Positions 8,706 through 19,570 of a stretch of 64,000 bases of DNA are shown here, one piece after another (position 1 is the first letter of the stretch; each line of letters starts with the position of its first letter). Origin of the DNA: a virus (Duplodnaviria; Caudoviricetes); the IMG/VR virus record IMGVR_UViG_2795386114_000001, positions 28,783-92,782 of that record. One strand, written 5' to 3'. Made by a program: the position numbers and the translations under genes. Below the pieces are notes generated by a model that saw only the letters and a program-made list of their open reading frames with translations, was not told the DNA's origin and searched no databases.

Positions 8706-11357
8706 TCACGCTACTTTCGTCAGGCGGATACGGGAGTCGGTGTAGAGGGTGGTGGCGGTGGCGTTGGCGCCGCCTTGGGCCCAGCGCAGAGCGAACGTTC
8801 CGCCGGTGCTGCTCACGCGGAGGGTGCCGCGGACGATGACGCCGTAGGCGTTGGTGGAGACACCGCCGTAGACGCGGGTGGCGGCGATGTCTGTCGTTTC
8901 GGTGCGCACCGTGTAGCCCCAGGGGCTGGTGACGTCCTGCTGGGTGCCGTTGGAGGCGGTTCCGGAGACGACGGTGGTTCCGTTGCCGAGGCCCATCCAC
9001 TCGCCGGCCGCGCCGGAGGGGGTGCTCCAGCCCATCTGGAAGTCACCGGGACCGCTGTACTTCAGCCAGCCGTCGATCTCGTAGATGGCGTTGGCGTCGA
9101 CAGTGAAGGTGATCTGGGTGTCGTTGGTGGGGGTGGTGGTGTTGGTGCGGGTGTCGTCGGTGCTGCGCCGCTTGCTCTGGAATCCTCCGGTGCCGGCGAC
9201 AGTGAGGTTGCCGTCCTTGTCGACGGAGAACTTGGAGACGCTGTTGACCAGCAGGTTCAGCAGGGTTCCGGTGTGTCCGGTGGCGGTGTTGACGTAGAGG
9301 GCGGCGTTGGAGGAGGCGGGCGGGTACACCTCGAGGCGCCCGTTGGTGAGCTGACCGCGGCCTGCTTCCACGATGAAGATGTTGTTCTGGCTGGAGTTGT
9401 CGGCGTTGATGTAGCTGACTGATCCGTATCCGGAGCGCAGGTCGATGCGGCCGCCGATGGGCAGGCCGGTACTGGAACGGATGCGCTCGATGACAGCGAA
9501 GTCGTTACCCATGAAGGTGCGCCACTTCATGTCCGTGTAACCGGATCCGGTGAAGGTGCCGCTGTTCATGCCAAGGTCGGCTGCGCCTGCGGTGTTCTCG
9601 GAGACGTTGATGACGGCGCTGTTGGTCTGCGCGGCGTTAGTCATCCGCAGGTTGGGGTAGGTGGCGTCGGGGTCCAGCCACAGGACTGCTCCGGTGGTGC
9701 CCTGGACGAGCAGGCCGCGCTCGGAGAGTTCACCGATGGCGGTGGAGATGACCCCGTCGTAGACGAGGACTTTGTTCGCGGCGGACTCGTTGATCGTGAT
9801 GCGGGCGCCCGAGGCGGCGGTCTGGAGGAGGGAGCCGGTGATGGTGCCGCCGGTGATGGTTTTGCCGGTAATAGCGTCCGCTGCCAGTGCGGTCGCGTCG
9901 ACTGCGCCCGCTGAGATTTTGGCGGCGGTGATGGCGCCGTCGGCGATGTTCACCGCGTTGACGACGCCGGTGGGGACGGTCTCCAGGGTGACCTGGTCGA
10001 CCTGCATGGTGCCGCCGGAGGTGGAGCCGATGAGGAGGCGTACCAGGGGGCGGATGTAGCGGACGCTGGTGTGGAGCTGTCCGGGGGCTTTGGGGTCGGG
10101 GCACGCGGTGATTGTGCCGGTCGCGGCGGTGCCCTTGGCGTAGCCGGTGACGGTGGTCCACGTGGTGCCGACCGAGACGGTGAGGTTGGCGGCGGCGATG
10201 TAGTGCTGGTTTGCGATGAGGTTGGCGCCGGTCTGGTTGACGCGGGTGGTGCCGTCGGCGGCGATGCCGGTGAGGCCGATGTACACGGTCGGTGTGCCGC
10301 TGACGGGGGTGACGGTGGTGCGGATGCGGGCGGTGACCTTGTACAGGGCGTCGGGGTCGAAGGGGGTGTTGGTGGTGCGTTCCAGGGTGGTGCGGCCGGT
10401 GGCCTGAATGACGGTGCTGCCCGCGCCGGCGTCGGTGACCCCGGTGACGACAGCCCAGGCGCCGGTGTCGGTGGGCTGCGTCCACAAGGTGGCGTCGCCC
10501 ATCGCGTCGGTGATCTTCTGGGAGATGGAGTCGGCGATACCGACGGTGAGCTGGTTGGTGCTGATGGCCCCGGCTGCGACCTTCCCCGCGATGACCGAGT
10601 TGGCCGCGAGCTTGTCGGAAGTCACGGCGAGCGCGTCCAGCTTGGCGGTGGTGACCGCACCTGCGGCAATCTTCGACGCGTTGACGGCGTCGGTGTCGAT
10701 CTGCGCTGCCTGCACGGCTGCGGCCACGATCTTCGGGGTGGTGATGGCGTTGTCGCTGATCTCCGTGGTTCCGATCGCCCCGACGGCGACCTTCGCCTGG
10801 GTGACCGCGTCGTCGGCGAGCTTGACGGTCGTGATGATGCCGTCCACGACATCGTCCGCGACAACCGGTGTCGGCTCCGTCGGCCCGACGATCCTTGACG
10901 GGGTGGAGGCCGTCCCGGAGGTGTTGCGGGCCACCAGCAGCACGTAGACGGGTTCATCGCACGCGACGACGGCGGTGGCGCCCTGCGCGGTTTCGATCGT
11001 CGCCTTCAGCGTGTCCGCGCCCGGCGTGTACGACGCGAGCGGGGAGACGTGGACTTCCGTGCGCTGCCAGTCCAGCGGCACCACTGCCCCGTCGGCGAAC
11101 TGGCCGTCCCAGGACACGGTGACCCCGTTGATCATGCCGGTCACGATCGGGTCGGACGGCTGCGGCGGGGGCGGCCCGTTGACGATGTTCACCGCGGTCG
11201 TGCCGTCGGCCTGGACACCGAGGAGGCCGCGCAGGCTTCCGTCGCCGTCGCGGACTTGTACGGCGGTGTTGTCGATGCTGGCGTGGGAGAGGCGAGCGGA
11301 GTTCTCCAGACGCTCGAGGCGCGCCCGCATGGACGCGAGTTCACGGCCGATGTCCAT
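8706..11357 (-). CDS. tail fibre / minor tail protein
   Basis: MDIGRELASMRARLERLE coiled coil, FN3-like PPPPQPSDP segment, (A/G)VT-x-AK(I/L)A repeats, carbohydrate-binding-like insert. Confidence 0.78.
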   Translation of the reverse strand: MDIGRELASMRARLERLENSARLSHASIDNTAVQVRDGDGSLRGLLGVQADGTTAVNIVNGPPPPQPSDPIVTGMINGVTVSWDGQFADGAVVPLDWQRTEVHVSPLASYTPGADTLKATIETAQGATAVVACDEPVYVLLVARNTSGTASTPSRIVGPTEPTPVVADDVVDGIITTVKLADDAVTQAKVAVGAIGTTEISDNAITTPKIVAAAVQAAQIDTDAVNASKIAAGAVTTAKLDALAVTSDKLAANSVIAGKVAAGAISTNQLTVGIADSISQKITDAMGDATLWTQPTDTGAWAVVTGVTDAGAGSTVIQATGRTTLERTTNTPFDPDALYKVTARIRTTVTPVSGTPTVYIGLTGIAADGTTRVNQTGANLIANQHYIAAANLTVSVGTTWTTVTGYAKGTAATGTITACPDPKAPGQLHTSVRYIRPLVRLLIGSTSGGTMQVDQVTLETVPTGVVNAVNIADGAITAAKISAGAVDATALAADAITGKTITGGTITGSLLQTAASGARITINESAANKVLVYDGVISTAIGELSERGLLVQGTTGAVLWLDPDATYPNLRMTNAAQTNSAVINVSENTAGAADLGMNSGTFTGSGYTDMKWRTFMGNDFAVIERIRSSTGLPIGGRIDLRSGYGSVSYINADNSSQNNIFIVEAGRGQLTNGRLEVYPPASSNAALYVNTATGHTGTLLNLLVNSVSKFSVDKDGNLTVAGTGGFQSKRRSTDDTRTNTTTPTNDTQITFTVDANAIYEIDGWLKYSGPGDFQMGWSTPSGAAGEWMGLGNGTTVVSGTASNGTQQDVTSPWGYTVRTETTDIAATRVYGGVSTNAYGVIVRGTLRVSSTGGTFALRWAQGGANATATTLYTDSRIRLTKVA

Positions 11358-12460
11358 CACAGGCTCCCGTAGTGGTACATCGAGGCGGGCTTGAGGCTGA
11401 CGACGGCCTGCGGGCCGCCCCGGGCGGTTGGCTTGATCGTCCATCCGGTGACGCGGCACCAGCCGGTGTAGGACGTCCACGCGTTGTGGATGCGGGTGTA
11501 GATGTCGTCGCCGACCTGCCACGCCCCGAACGGTGCGGCGTCGGTGTCGCGCAGAACGACCTGTTCGACGCTGCCGAGGGTCTGCCGCCTGGCCCGCTCC
11601 CATGCGACGCGGTCTTTGAGGACGTCGTTGCCGTTGATCTCCGGGTACTGCACGGCGGCCTCGAGGCGGAGGCGGCCGTTGCGGACAGCGGAGATCTGCC
11701 TCAGTTTCGCGCTGCCGTCACCGGCACCCGTCCCGATCACGACCTGCGCGTAGTCGTCACCGGAGAGGATCTCTTCGGGTTCTTCGATGATGTTGACGCC
11801 GGAAGAGAACGTGATGTCGGTGCGGCGGGTTCCCAGGCGTGGCCAGCCCAGCTGGATGCGTTTGATGACGTCGGTCTTACCCGTGTTCCAGGCGGTGGTG
11901 CACGTGTACTCGGGGGTGGCGTTGTCGGAAACGAGTTCGTCGACCTGGTCGCCGAGGCTCTTCGTGTCGTACCAGTAGGAGTGGTACTCGTCGCCAGGCA
12001 CGCCGACCTTGGAGGTGCTGGTGGTGGTGTCGACGATGACGCCGAGGTCACCGTCGGGAACAGATTGGGCGTACTCCCAGATGTTGCGGATGACCTCGCA
12101 GCGGTCCGTGTACACGTAGGGGCCGCGGCCGCCGTGCTCGCCGTCCAGGTCGAAGCGGCGTTGCAGGTACGACGACCAGGAGGCGGCCTCGAGGCTGTAG
12201 TCGTTGCCGGAGGATCGGACGTCCCAGATGAGGCCTCCCCACTGGATCTGCCCCTCGGATTCGACGTAGATGGCGGTGGTGCCGGGGTCGACGGTGGCTG
12301 GCTGGGAGGCGATCAGGCGCGGCGACAGCTTCCCCGTCAGACTGCCGGGCCCGGACAGTTCCGGCCCGTACTCCAGTTCCGTGACCGGGAGCGCGGTCGC
12401 CAGCCAGTCCCCGGTGAGGAGGTTCTGGGTGAGGACCCGGTCCGGGATGGGCTGGGTCAC
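11357..12460 (-). CDS. minor tail protein (baseplate hub / Gp37-like)
   Basis: ELSGPGSLTG, IQWGGLIW, VIGTGAGDG motifs; position after Dit. Confidence 0.72.
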   Translation of the reverse strand: MTQPIPDRVLTQNLLTGDWLATALPVTELEYGPELSGPGSLTGKLSPRLIASQPATVDPGTTAIYVESEGQIQWGGLIWDVRSSGNDYSLEAASWSSYLQRRFDLDGEHGGRGPYVYTDRCEVIRNIWEYAQSVPDGDLGVIVDTTTSTSKVGVPGDEYHSYWYDTKSLGDQVDELVSDNATPEYTCTTAWNTGKTDVIKRIQLGWPRLGTRRTDITFSSGVNIIEEPEEILSGDDYAQVVIGTGAGDGSAKLRQISAVRNGRLRLEAAVQYPEINGNDVLKDRVAWERARRQTLGSVEQVVLRDTDAAPFGAWQVGDDIYTRIHNAWTSYTGWCRVTGWTIKPTARGGPQAVVSLKPASMYHYGSL

Positions 12461-13392
12461 CGGGGTGCCTCTTCGAACTGCACGTCGGCGACGAGGGTGG
12501 TGCCGGAGTCGACGTAGATCCGTCCGGCCTGTCCGGAGGCGAGGCCGGCGGCGCGCACGCGCAGAAGCTGGGTGGTGTTGCGGTAGGCGGAAGGCAGGGT
12601 GAGGGTGTCGGCCATGATGGCGGCGATACGGCGGGCGCCGCTGCCCTGGTTGTCGTCGAGGGTGGTGGGCTGCACGGACAGGCTGGCGCCGAACGTGGCG
12701 CTGATCTGGCCGTAGAAGTTGCCGAGGTCGTAGCGCAGGGGGCTGACGTCGATCTTGATGATGGCTTTGGTGGCCCAGTCGGGGATGGCGATGTTCCACC
12801 CGGCCGCCGTGCTGAAGTAGGAGTAGCTGGTGCTGCTGCCGATGCCGCTGCTGATGCTGGACGGTGACTGGGTGACCAGGGTGCGGGAGCGGCGCGGATT
12901 GGCGCACTTCCGCAGGTCGGTGATCATCGCGTTAGTGATGGTCCCTGTGGAGGCTGGGATGTCGATGCGCGCCAAGGGGATACCGGTGCCGGTCGGAACC
13001 GTAGTCGCCGAAGATGAGACGTTCGATAGGACATCAATGAAAACGATCTCGTCGGTTGCCGGGTTGTGGCTGTATCCGTACTCGGGATCCTCAACGCGGA
13101 CGATGACCATGTCCGAGCGCGGTGTGGCCCCAGTGGCCGCAATGTCAACGTTGATGGACCCGACGTTGCATGCGGCGTAGTGGCCTTGGAAGGTGTTGTC
13201 GCGCCCTTTGATGACACCCGAGCCATCGCCCACGGTTACTCCACCGCCAGGCGTCGATCGCTGCGTAACTTTCAGATCGTCGCCCTGAGTAATGCCCTCC
13301 GCCCCGTTGGCGAGGTCGCGGACCAGCATGCGGAACTGCTGCGCGGAGTGGGTGGCCCCGTTGGTGAGGATGGGCGCCGGGAAAAAGGCCAT
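12457..13392 (-). CDS. minor tail protein
   Basis: DLKVTQRSTPGGGVTVGDG and PRSDMVIVRVEDP, typical of actinophage minor tail proteins. Confidence 0.72.
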   Translation of the reverse strand: MAFFPAPILTNGATHSAQQFRMLVRDLANGAEGITQGDDLKVTQRSTPGGGVTVGDGSGVIKGRDNTFQGHYAACNVGSINVDIAATGATPRSDMVIVRVEDPEYGYSHNPATDEIVFIDVLSNVSSSATTVPTGTGIPLARIDIPASTGTITNAMITDLRKCANPRRSRTLVTQSPSSISSGIGSSTSYSYFSTAAGWNIAIPDWATKAIIKIDVSPLRYDLGNFYGQISATFGASLSVQPTTLDDNQGSGARRIAAIMADTLTLPSAYRNTTQLLRVRAAGLASGQAGRIYVDSGTTLVADVQFEEAPR

Positions 13393-13404
13393 TGCGGCTC
13401 TCCT

Positions 13405-14307
13405 TCAGAGGGCTATGTAGGCGTCGCGCCAGGTGACGCGCAGGCGGGACGAGTTGGTGTTGTCGAACGCCGTCCACCGCATCTCCGATGTGCCGGGCAG
13501 CAGGCTGAACAGGTCGAGGCGGCTGCCTGGGGAGAGGTAGGTGGTGGCGTTGCCACCGTTGTCCCAGGTGACGGTGCGATAGCCGGGCCGGGTGTCGATC
13601 TGCACCCACCGGCCTGCCGTCAGGTTGAGGGTGGGCAGGGCGAGGGCGCGGCCGGTGGCGACGTTGGTGATGGTGACGTTGGCGCACGGCCCGGTGATCC
13701 GCAGGATCGGCCAGGCGGGCGCATCCCCTTCGTTGGTGACCCAGCCGGGCCGGTCCGCGGCGACGGTGCCGTCCTGGACGTAGATCGGCGCCACGACTGG
13801 GGCGGCGAAGCCGCCGCCGGTCAGCCAGCCGAGAGGCAGCTCGGTGACGGACTCCTCGTCCGCGTAGAACGTGGGGTCGTGGGCGAGGAACTCCATGTCC
13901 AACGGCACGTAGCCGTGGATGACCTGCCGGTACTCCGGCTCGAGCTTCCGCGCCCGTACCGTGAGCCGCTTGACCGGCCGTCCGGGGCGCTTGAGGCGGA
14001 GCGCCATGCCCTGACCTCCCAGCAGGCGTACGGCGGCCGGGTCGGTGGCGGCCTGGAGAGCGGCGACCATGTCGTGGCAGGCGTCCGGCTCGCCGGGGAT
14101 GCGGATGGCGGCATCGATCTGGATCTGCCTGCCTGCCCAGTAGTCGGGTCCGGCAAACTGGCCGTCCATGGACGGCTGGTCGACATCGGAGTCCCTGACC
14201 GGTGGACGGCCGAGCCCGGTGGTCTCGATCACCTGCACGTTGGTGCCGGCGCCGATGAGGACGCCTCCGACGTCGTACTGCCAGTCATCGAGCTCAAGCA
14301 ACGGCAC
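13405..14307 (-). CDS. distal tail protein (Dit)
   Basis: Immediately after the tape measure; FLAHDPTFY, VTNEGDAPAWP, LLPGTSE motifs. Confidence 0.78.
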   Translation of the reverse strand: MPLLELDDWQYDVGGVLIGAGTNVQVIETTGLGRPPVRDSDVDQPSMDGQFAGPDYWAGRQIQIDAAIRIPGEPDACHDMVAALQAATDPAAVRLLGGQGMALRLKRPGRPVKRLTVRARKLEPEYRQVIHGYVPLDMEFLAHDPTFYADEESVTELPLGWLTGGGFAAPVVAPIYVQDGTVAADRPGWVTNEGDAPAWPILRITGPCANVTITNVATGRALALPTLNLTAGRWVQIDTRPGYRTVTWDNGGNATTYLSPGSRLDLFSLLPGTSEMRWTAFDNTNSSRLRVTWRDAYIAL

Positions 14308-17300
14308 GAGCGTCCACTCCTCCCCTGCGGGCCCGGCGCACACTGCGGCCGACCTGGAATCCGATGTCGGATGCGCTCGCCCCGGTCCGGACGGGGGTCA
14401 CGGTGACCTGGGTGGTGTCGCCGGAGCGGACGATGACGATGGGCCTGCCGGCTTGCGCGTCGGTGAGGCCGACTCCGAAGCGGCTGGCGACGTCCCGCAG
14501 GACGGGCAGCGCGGTGCGCCGCTTGCTGGGGCTGAGCGGCAGGTACGCCTCTCCGCCGGTGGAGGGCTCCGCGAAGCGGATGATCCCGGCCCGGGTCGCG
14601 TACATTCCGGCGCGGATGCCGCCGTCCGCGTACGCCATGTGCCGGTTGGCTTTCGTCAGGTCGGCGAGGAAGCGGTCGGAGCGCGGTCCAAGACTGGACT
14701 GGATCTGCCTCTTTGCCTTGTTGGCGACGTCGATGATGACGTCCTCGCCGAGCCCGGTCTTCGCGGCGACGTCGTGGATGCCGGTCTTGCTGGTGGAGAT
14801 CGCGGCGATGATCTGCACCAGGTCGGCGACCTGCTCGGAGGTGAGGGCCTTGTTCGCGGTCTTGGCTTGCGTGTTCGCCGCTCGGGCCTTCTTCTTGTCC
14901 TTCACGGCGGCCGCGGCGAGTTGCTGGGCGGCTTCGTCGTTCTGGCTGGCGAGCTGGGCTGCGAGGTCGCCGTAGCCCTGCGCGGCGAGCTTGGCGAGGT
15001 TGTCGGAGAACGTTTTGTTGACCTTGTTGGCGCTGGTCAGCTGCCGCGTGTAGTCCGTCAACGATGCCTTGGCGGTGGCCTGGAGGTTCCTGAGGGCCTT
15101 GGACATGTCGTTGATGTACTTCGTGGAGCCGGTGGCCATCTTGTGGGCGAGTTTCATGCCGTCCTCGCCCATCGCCGCCAGCGCTTGTGCAACGTCGCCG
15201 CCGACGCGGTCGGCGACCTTCTCCAGGTCCTTGTTCCAGGCTTGGGTGGCTTTCGAGGCGCTCTTCAGCTTCTTCTCGACGGCGCCGAGGTCGAAGTACT
15301 CGACTTCCTTGGTCGTGGTCTTCTTCCCCTTGACCTTGACCTTCACTTTCTTGGTCTTGTGGCCGGCCTGCCCGGCATCGGAGGCGCTGTAGAGGGAGCC
15401 GGTGCTGGGGTCGTAGCGCCAGTCGGTGACGTTGCCGTCGGCGTTCCACTGGATCCCGCGCGGATCGCCGCCCAGACGGCGCACGATCTCCTCGGTGATG
15501 GCGCGGGAGCGGGGCCGCGCAGACATGCGGAAAGGCACGTATCCCTCGCCCTGGGTCTCCCGCTCCCCCCAAACCCGGTAGGAGCCCGCCTGGGTGATCT
15601 GCGCGATGTGCTGGTTTGGCCTGTCGCCCCGCTCCATGCCTCCCCCGGCATAGGCGCGGATGCCGCCGCGGGCGTAGAAGTCCAGGACGTTGCCGCGGGA
15701 GTTGGGCGTCACGCCCGGGTACTTCTTCCCGTCCACCGCGCCGGTGCGCACCGTGTTCAGGTATTCGGTCTTGTAGATGCCGATGCCGATGGTCTTGCCG
15801 TGCATCCCGTTGATGGCGCCCTGGATGGCGCTGACCGCGGAGGTGGGCGGACCGGTCGGGATGGTGATGGTGACGTTCTTCGATCCCGGCACGTCCCGGA
15901 TCTTGAAGCCGAGGGCTTCCAGCTGCTTGCGGGCCTCCGCGGTCGGCGCCCGCATGGTGATGGTCTTGCCGTTGGTGGATCGGATCTTTCCCTGAACGGC
16001 TTCCAGGTCCTTGATGGCCGCGGCGGTCTTGGCATCGACCTTCACCGCCTTCCCGCCCGGCGTCTGGGACAGCTTCGTGATGAGAAGGTCCAGCTGGTCA
16101 CGGGCGGCCTGCGTCGGCGCTGTGATCTTGTATTCGCGGGTGCCGGGAATCAGCTGAATCTTGTAGCCAAGGTCCTCGAGTTCCCTCTTCGCCTGCTCGC
16201 CGAGCGCATCAACGGTAATGGTCTTCTTGTCGGGGAACTGCTCGAACTCCGCCTGCACGGCCAGCAGCTCGGCCAGGGTCGCGTCGACACCTTCCGTGGA
16301 CAGCAGAATCGACACCTGGCCGGGGATCAGACCCAGGGAGTCGGCTACCTTCCCGGCCTGCTTCTCCGTCATGCCGTAACCGGTCATCAGGTCGATGGCC
16401 GCGTCCCGGCTCTTCTTCATCTCCCCGCGGGCGGCGGCCAGCGACTCGGGCAGGGTCTTGCCCTGAGACTGAGCGAAGTCGTAGGAGGCGATCGCGGCCT
16501 GCGCGGACCCGTCGGAGATCGTGTTCAGGGTGTTGAAAAGCTGCTGCCCGTTCTTGGTGGTGGTGTTCAGGGTGCCGTTGGTGTTCAGCAGGGCCTTGCC
16601 CCAGCCGTCCGCGTGGTCGATGCCTTCCTTCAGCGCCTCGTTGGCGTTGGTGATGGCCTCGTTGACGCGGGCCTGCGCGGCCTGCAAGGACACCGAGCCG
16701 CCGGAGAGGAGATCCAGGGCGTCGCGCAGGGCGCGGGTGCGGGAGTCGGCGTCCGCGGTCTTGTCGGCGAGCGCGGCGACGGCGTCCTTCAACCGGCTGT
16801 AGGCGGACACTCCGTCGCCGGTGCCCTTGGTGGCCGAGTCGAGGTCCTTGGCGTTCTTGGCGGCCGTCTTGGCGTCGCCGGACATGCTGCGCAGGGCCTT
16901 GGCGGCGCCGGCGTAGGCGTTGGCCTTGTCGAGGATCGCCTTGCGGTCCTTGTCGCCGCGACCGGTCTCGTTGAAGGCCTGCGCCTGCTCCTTGGCCAGG
17001 GCTTCCATCTTGTCGGCGAGCTTGTCGACGCTGTCGCCCTGGCCGAGGTAGGAGTCGGTGAGGTCGGACAGGGAGTAGCCCTGCTTGGCCATCACGTCGG
17101 CGAGGGTCTGGCCCGTGTTGGCGAGCTTGGTGTTCTGGATGGTCTGGGCGGCTTGCTGGCGTACGTTTTCGTCGATGGCGCCGTTGGACTGGCGCATGGC
17201 CTGCGTAAGTCCGTCGATGTTCGCTTTGTGCTCTGCGGCGCGGGTGGCTGCCTGCTGCTGGGAGGTGGCCAGCAGGCCGAGGCCGACGGTCAGGCCGGTC

Positions 17301-19570
17301 AGGGCGAGGCCCCAGGGGCCGCCCATGGCTCCCATTAGTCCGCCCATGGCGCCGCGCAGCCCGGCGCCGGCGGCGGCGGTGATGCCGCTGATGGCGCCGG
17401 CGAGGCGGCCGCCCTGCCCGGAGGCGGTACGGAAGGCGTCGCCCATGCGGCCGATGACCGGGACCCTGGTCTGGAGGACTGCCATGGCGGCGCCGTAGCG
17501 GGACAGGGACTGTCCGGCGTTGGTGGCCAGGGTCCGCTGGAGGGTCATCTGGTCGTTGAGGGAGCGGAATGCGGTGGTGACGCGGCCGGAGACGGTGCCG
17601 GCGAGGGTGGCCATGCGGGGCTGGATCCGGCCGACGAGGAGCGCGGCAAGGACGAACTGCTGGATCGGGCCGGGCAGGCCGGCGAATGCGGATACCAGGC
17701 CGCCGACGATGTGCCCGATGGGCACGAGAACGGCGGAGAGCGCACCTGCGGCGGTAGCGGCCAGGTCGAGGACGGTGACGACGAGGTCGAGGGTGGAGGC
17801 GACGGTGCCGCTTTCGCCGGAGAGGTCGCTGAGCGCGGAGACGACCGGTTCGGCGCCGCTGGCGAGGTTCTGGAGGACTTCAACGACGAGCTGGCCGACG
17901 GTGAGCAGCAGGTGCAGTCCGTCGGTGAGGGCTTTCCCGGCGAGGTCTTTGAAGGGTTCGGCCAGGCCGGAGGCGGCGTCGGCGATGCTGGAGAACTGCT
18001 CGCGTGCGGCGGCCGCAATGTCTGGGCCGAACAGGGTGGCGGCGTCGTTCAGATAGCCGAAGAAGGACTTGATGTGCGGGGTGGCCCTGGACAGTCCGCT
18101 GGTGATGCCGCGGACGAGGAACTCAAGTCCGGGCGCCATGCCCTGGTAGATCGTCAGCCCGGTCTGCTTGGCCTGGGTTTTCAGCTGGAGCATCGCGCCG
18201 GCGAGGCCCTTGCCCTTGGCTGCGGCGATGTCGGAGGCGGCGCCGGTGTCGGACACGGCTTGCATCAGCGCGTCGAAGGAGTCGACGCCCTGGTGGGCCA
18301 GGGCGATCGCGCCGGACATGGCGGGCTTGCCCATGGCCTTCTTCACGGCGGCCGCGAAGTCCTGCTGGCTCATCTCGTGCTGGGCGTGGGAGAGGCCTTC
18401 GATGACGTAGCGCAGGCCCTTGAAGTTTCCTTGCGCGTCCCAGGCTTGGATGCCCATGGCCTCGAGGCCTTCGGTCATCTGCTTGGTGGGGGCGGCGAGG
18501 TTGGCGAACATGCCGCGCAGGGTGGTTCCGGCGGTCTGTCCGAGGATGCCCGCCTTGCCGAGCATGCCGACCGCGGCTGCGGTTTCCTGCATGCTGACGC
18601 CGAGCCCGTTGGCGACGGGACCGGCGTACTTCATGGCGTAGTAGATGTCGATGATGTCGCCGCTTGCTGCGTTCGCGGTCGCGGCGAGGGTGTCGGCGGC
18701 TTGGGATGCCTGGTCGGCGCCCATGCCGAACTGGTCCATCATGTCGCCGAGGTACTTGGCCGAGTCGGCGGCGTCGACCTGTGCGGCGGAGGCAAGGACG
18801 AGGCTGGCGCGGGTGGATGAGATGGCCTGGTCGGTTCGGAAGCCGGCCTTGGCGAGTTCCACCATGGACTCGGCTGCGTCGGTGGCGGTCGCCCCGGGCA
18901 GGCTGAGGTCGTTGCCGAGCTGGTCGGCGGTGGCCGCGGCGCGCTGCATCTGCATGGAGGTGGCGCCGGTGACGGCGCCGAACGTGTTCATGGCCTGCTG
19001 GTATTCGCCGCCCATTTTCAGCAGCTCCGCGCCGCCGATGGCGAACGCTCCCCCGGTGAGGAGGGTGGCGAGGTGGGCCATTTCACGGCGGGCGCGGCCG
19101 GTCTCGTCGGCGTAGCGGCGCATGCCGTTGGTGCGGCCGCCGACGCTGTTGAGGCGGGAGTCGGCGCGGCGTGCTGCGTCGGCCAGGCGCAGCAGGTCAC
19201 GGACGGCGGTGTCGATCTGACCGGACATGCGGGCCAGCTGCCGACCGGTGGTGCGGGAGTTGTCGCCGAGGCTGTTGACCTGGCGGTTGGCTCGCTGTGC
19301 GGCGTCGCCGTACTGGCCGAGGCGGCGGGCTGCGGTGCGGGCGCCGTCGCCGAGGCTGTTCAGGCGGCGTGCGCTCGTGCGTGCTTCGCTGCCCAGGCTG
19401 CGCAGGTGGCGGGCTGCGCTGTCGGCGGCCTGACCGAGCTCGCGTACTTCCTTCTTCGCTTCCCGGGCAGCGGTGGCCAGGGAGCGGGCGTGTTTCGCGG
19501 ACGACTTCAGGGACTGGGCGAGGTCGTTTCCGTGGCCGCGGATGTCGACCGACAGGTTCCAGTTGGCCAC
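14294..19570 (-). CDS. tape measure protein
   Basis: 1758 aa, Ala-rich helical; TP901-type TMP core (ELAKAG...MKYAGPVA...GTTLRGM), TM region, follows the tail chaperones. Confidence 0.93.
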   Translation of the reverse strand: MANWNLSVDIRGHGNDLAQSLKSSAKHARSLATAAREAKKEVRELGQAADSAARHLRSLGSEARTSARRLNSLGDGARTAARRLGQYGDAAQRANRQVNSLGDNSRTTGRQLARMSGQIDTAVRDLLRLADAARRADSRLNSVGGRTNGMRRYADETGRARREMAHLATLLTGGAFAIGGAELLKMGGEYQQAMNTFGAVTGATSMQMQRAAATADQLGNDLSLPGATATDAAESMVELAKAGFRTDQAISSTRASLVLASAAQVDAADSAKYLGDMMDQFGMGADQASQAADTLAATANAASGDIIDIYYAMKYAGPVANGLGVSMQETAAAVGMLGKAGILGQTAGTTLRGMFANLAAPTKQMTEGLEAMGIQAWDAQGNFKGLRYVIEGLSHAQHEMSQQDFAAAVKKAMGKPAMSGAIALAHQGVDSFDALMQAVSDTGAASDIAAAKGKGLAGAMLQLKTQAKQTGLTIYQGMAPGLEFLVRGITSGLSRATPHIKSFFGYLNDAATLFGPDIAAAAREQFSSIADAASGLAEPFKDLAGKALTDGLHLLLTVGQLVVEVLQNLASGAEPVVSALSDLSGESGTVASTLDLVVTVLDLAATAAGALSAVLVPIGHIVGGLVSAFAGLPGPIQQFVLAALLVGRIQPRMATLAGTVSGRVTTAFRSLNDQMTLQRTLATNAGQSLSRYGAAMAVLQTRVPVIGRMGDAFRTASGQGGRLAGAISGITAAAGAGLRGAMGGLMGAMGGPWGLALTGLTVGLGLLATSQQQAATRAAEHKANIDGLTQAMRQSNGAIDENVRQQAAQTIQNTKLANTGQTLADVMAKQGYSLSDLTDSYLGQGDSVDKLADKMEALAKEQAQAFNETGRGDKDRKAILDKANAYAGAAKALRSMSGDAKTAAKNAKDLDSATKGTGDGVSAYSRLKDAVAALADKTADADSRTRALRDALDLLSGGSVSLQAAQARVNEAITNANEALKEGIDHADGWGKALLNTNGTLNTTTKNGQQLFNTLNTISDGSAQAAIASYDFAQSQGKTLPESLAAARGEMKKSRDAAIDLMTGYGMTEKQAGKVADSLGLIPGQVSILLSTEGVDATLAELLAVQAEFEQFPDKKTITVDALGEQAKRELEDLGYKIQLIPGTREYKITAPTQAARDQLDLLITKLSQTPGGKAVKVDAKTAAAIKDLEAVQGKIRSTNGKTITMRAPTAEARKQLEALGFKIRDVPGSKNVTITIPTGPPTSAVSAIQGAINGMHGKTIGIGIYKTEYLNTVRTGAVDGKKYPGVTPNSRGNVLDFYARGGIRAYAGGGMERGDRPNQHIAQITQAGSYRVWGERETQGEGYVPFRMSARPRSRAITEEIVRRLGGDPRGIQWNADGNVTDWRYDPSTGSLYSASDAGQAGHKTKKVKVKVKGKKTTTKEVEYFDLGAVEKKLKSASKATQAWNKDLEKVADRVGGDVAQALAAMGEDGMKLAHKMATGSTKYINDMSKALRNLQATAKASLTDYTRQLTSANKVNKTFSDNLAKLAAQGYGDLAAQLASQNDEAAQQLAAAAVKDKKKARAANTQAKTANKALTSEQVADLVQIIAAISTSKTGIHDVAAKTGLGEDVIIDVANKAKRQIQSSLGPRSDRFLADLTKANRHMAYADGGIRAGMYATRAGIIRFAEPSTGGEAYLPLSPSKRRTALPVLRDVASRFGVGLTDAQAGRPIVIVRSGDTTQVTVTPVRTGASASDIGFQVGRSVRRARRGGVDARAVA

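Noticed and set aside
14168-17338. 1056-aa plus-strand ORF, and similar long antisense ORFs (e.g. 27431-29563, 34218-35945)
   Set aside because: Shadow frames opposite real genes; expected from stop-codon scarcity in high-GC DNA
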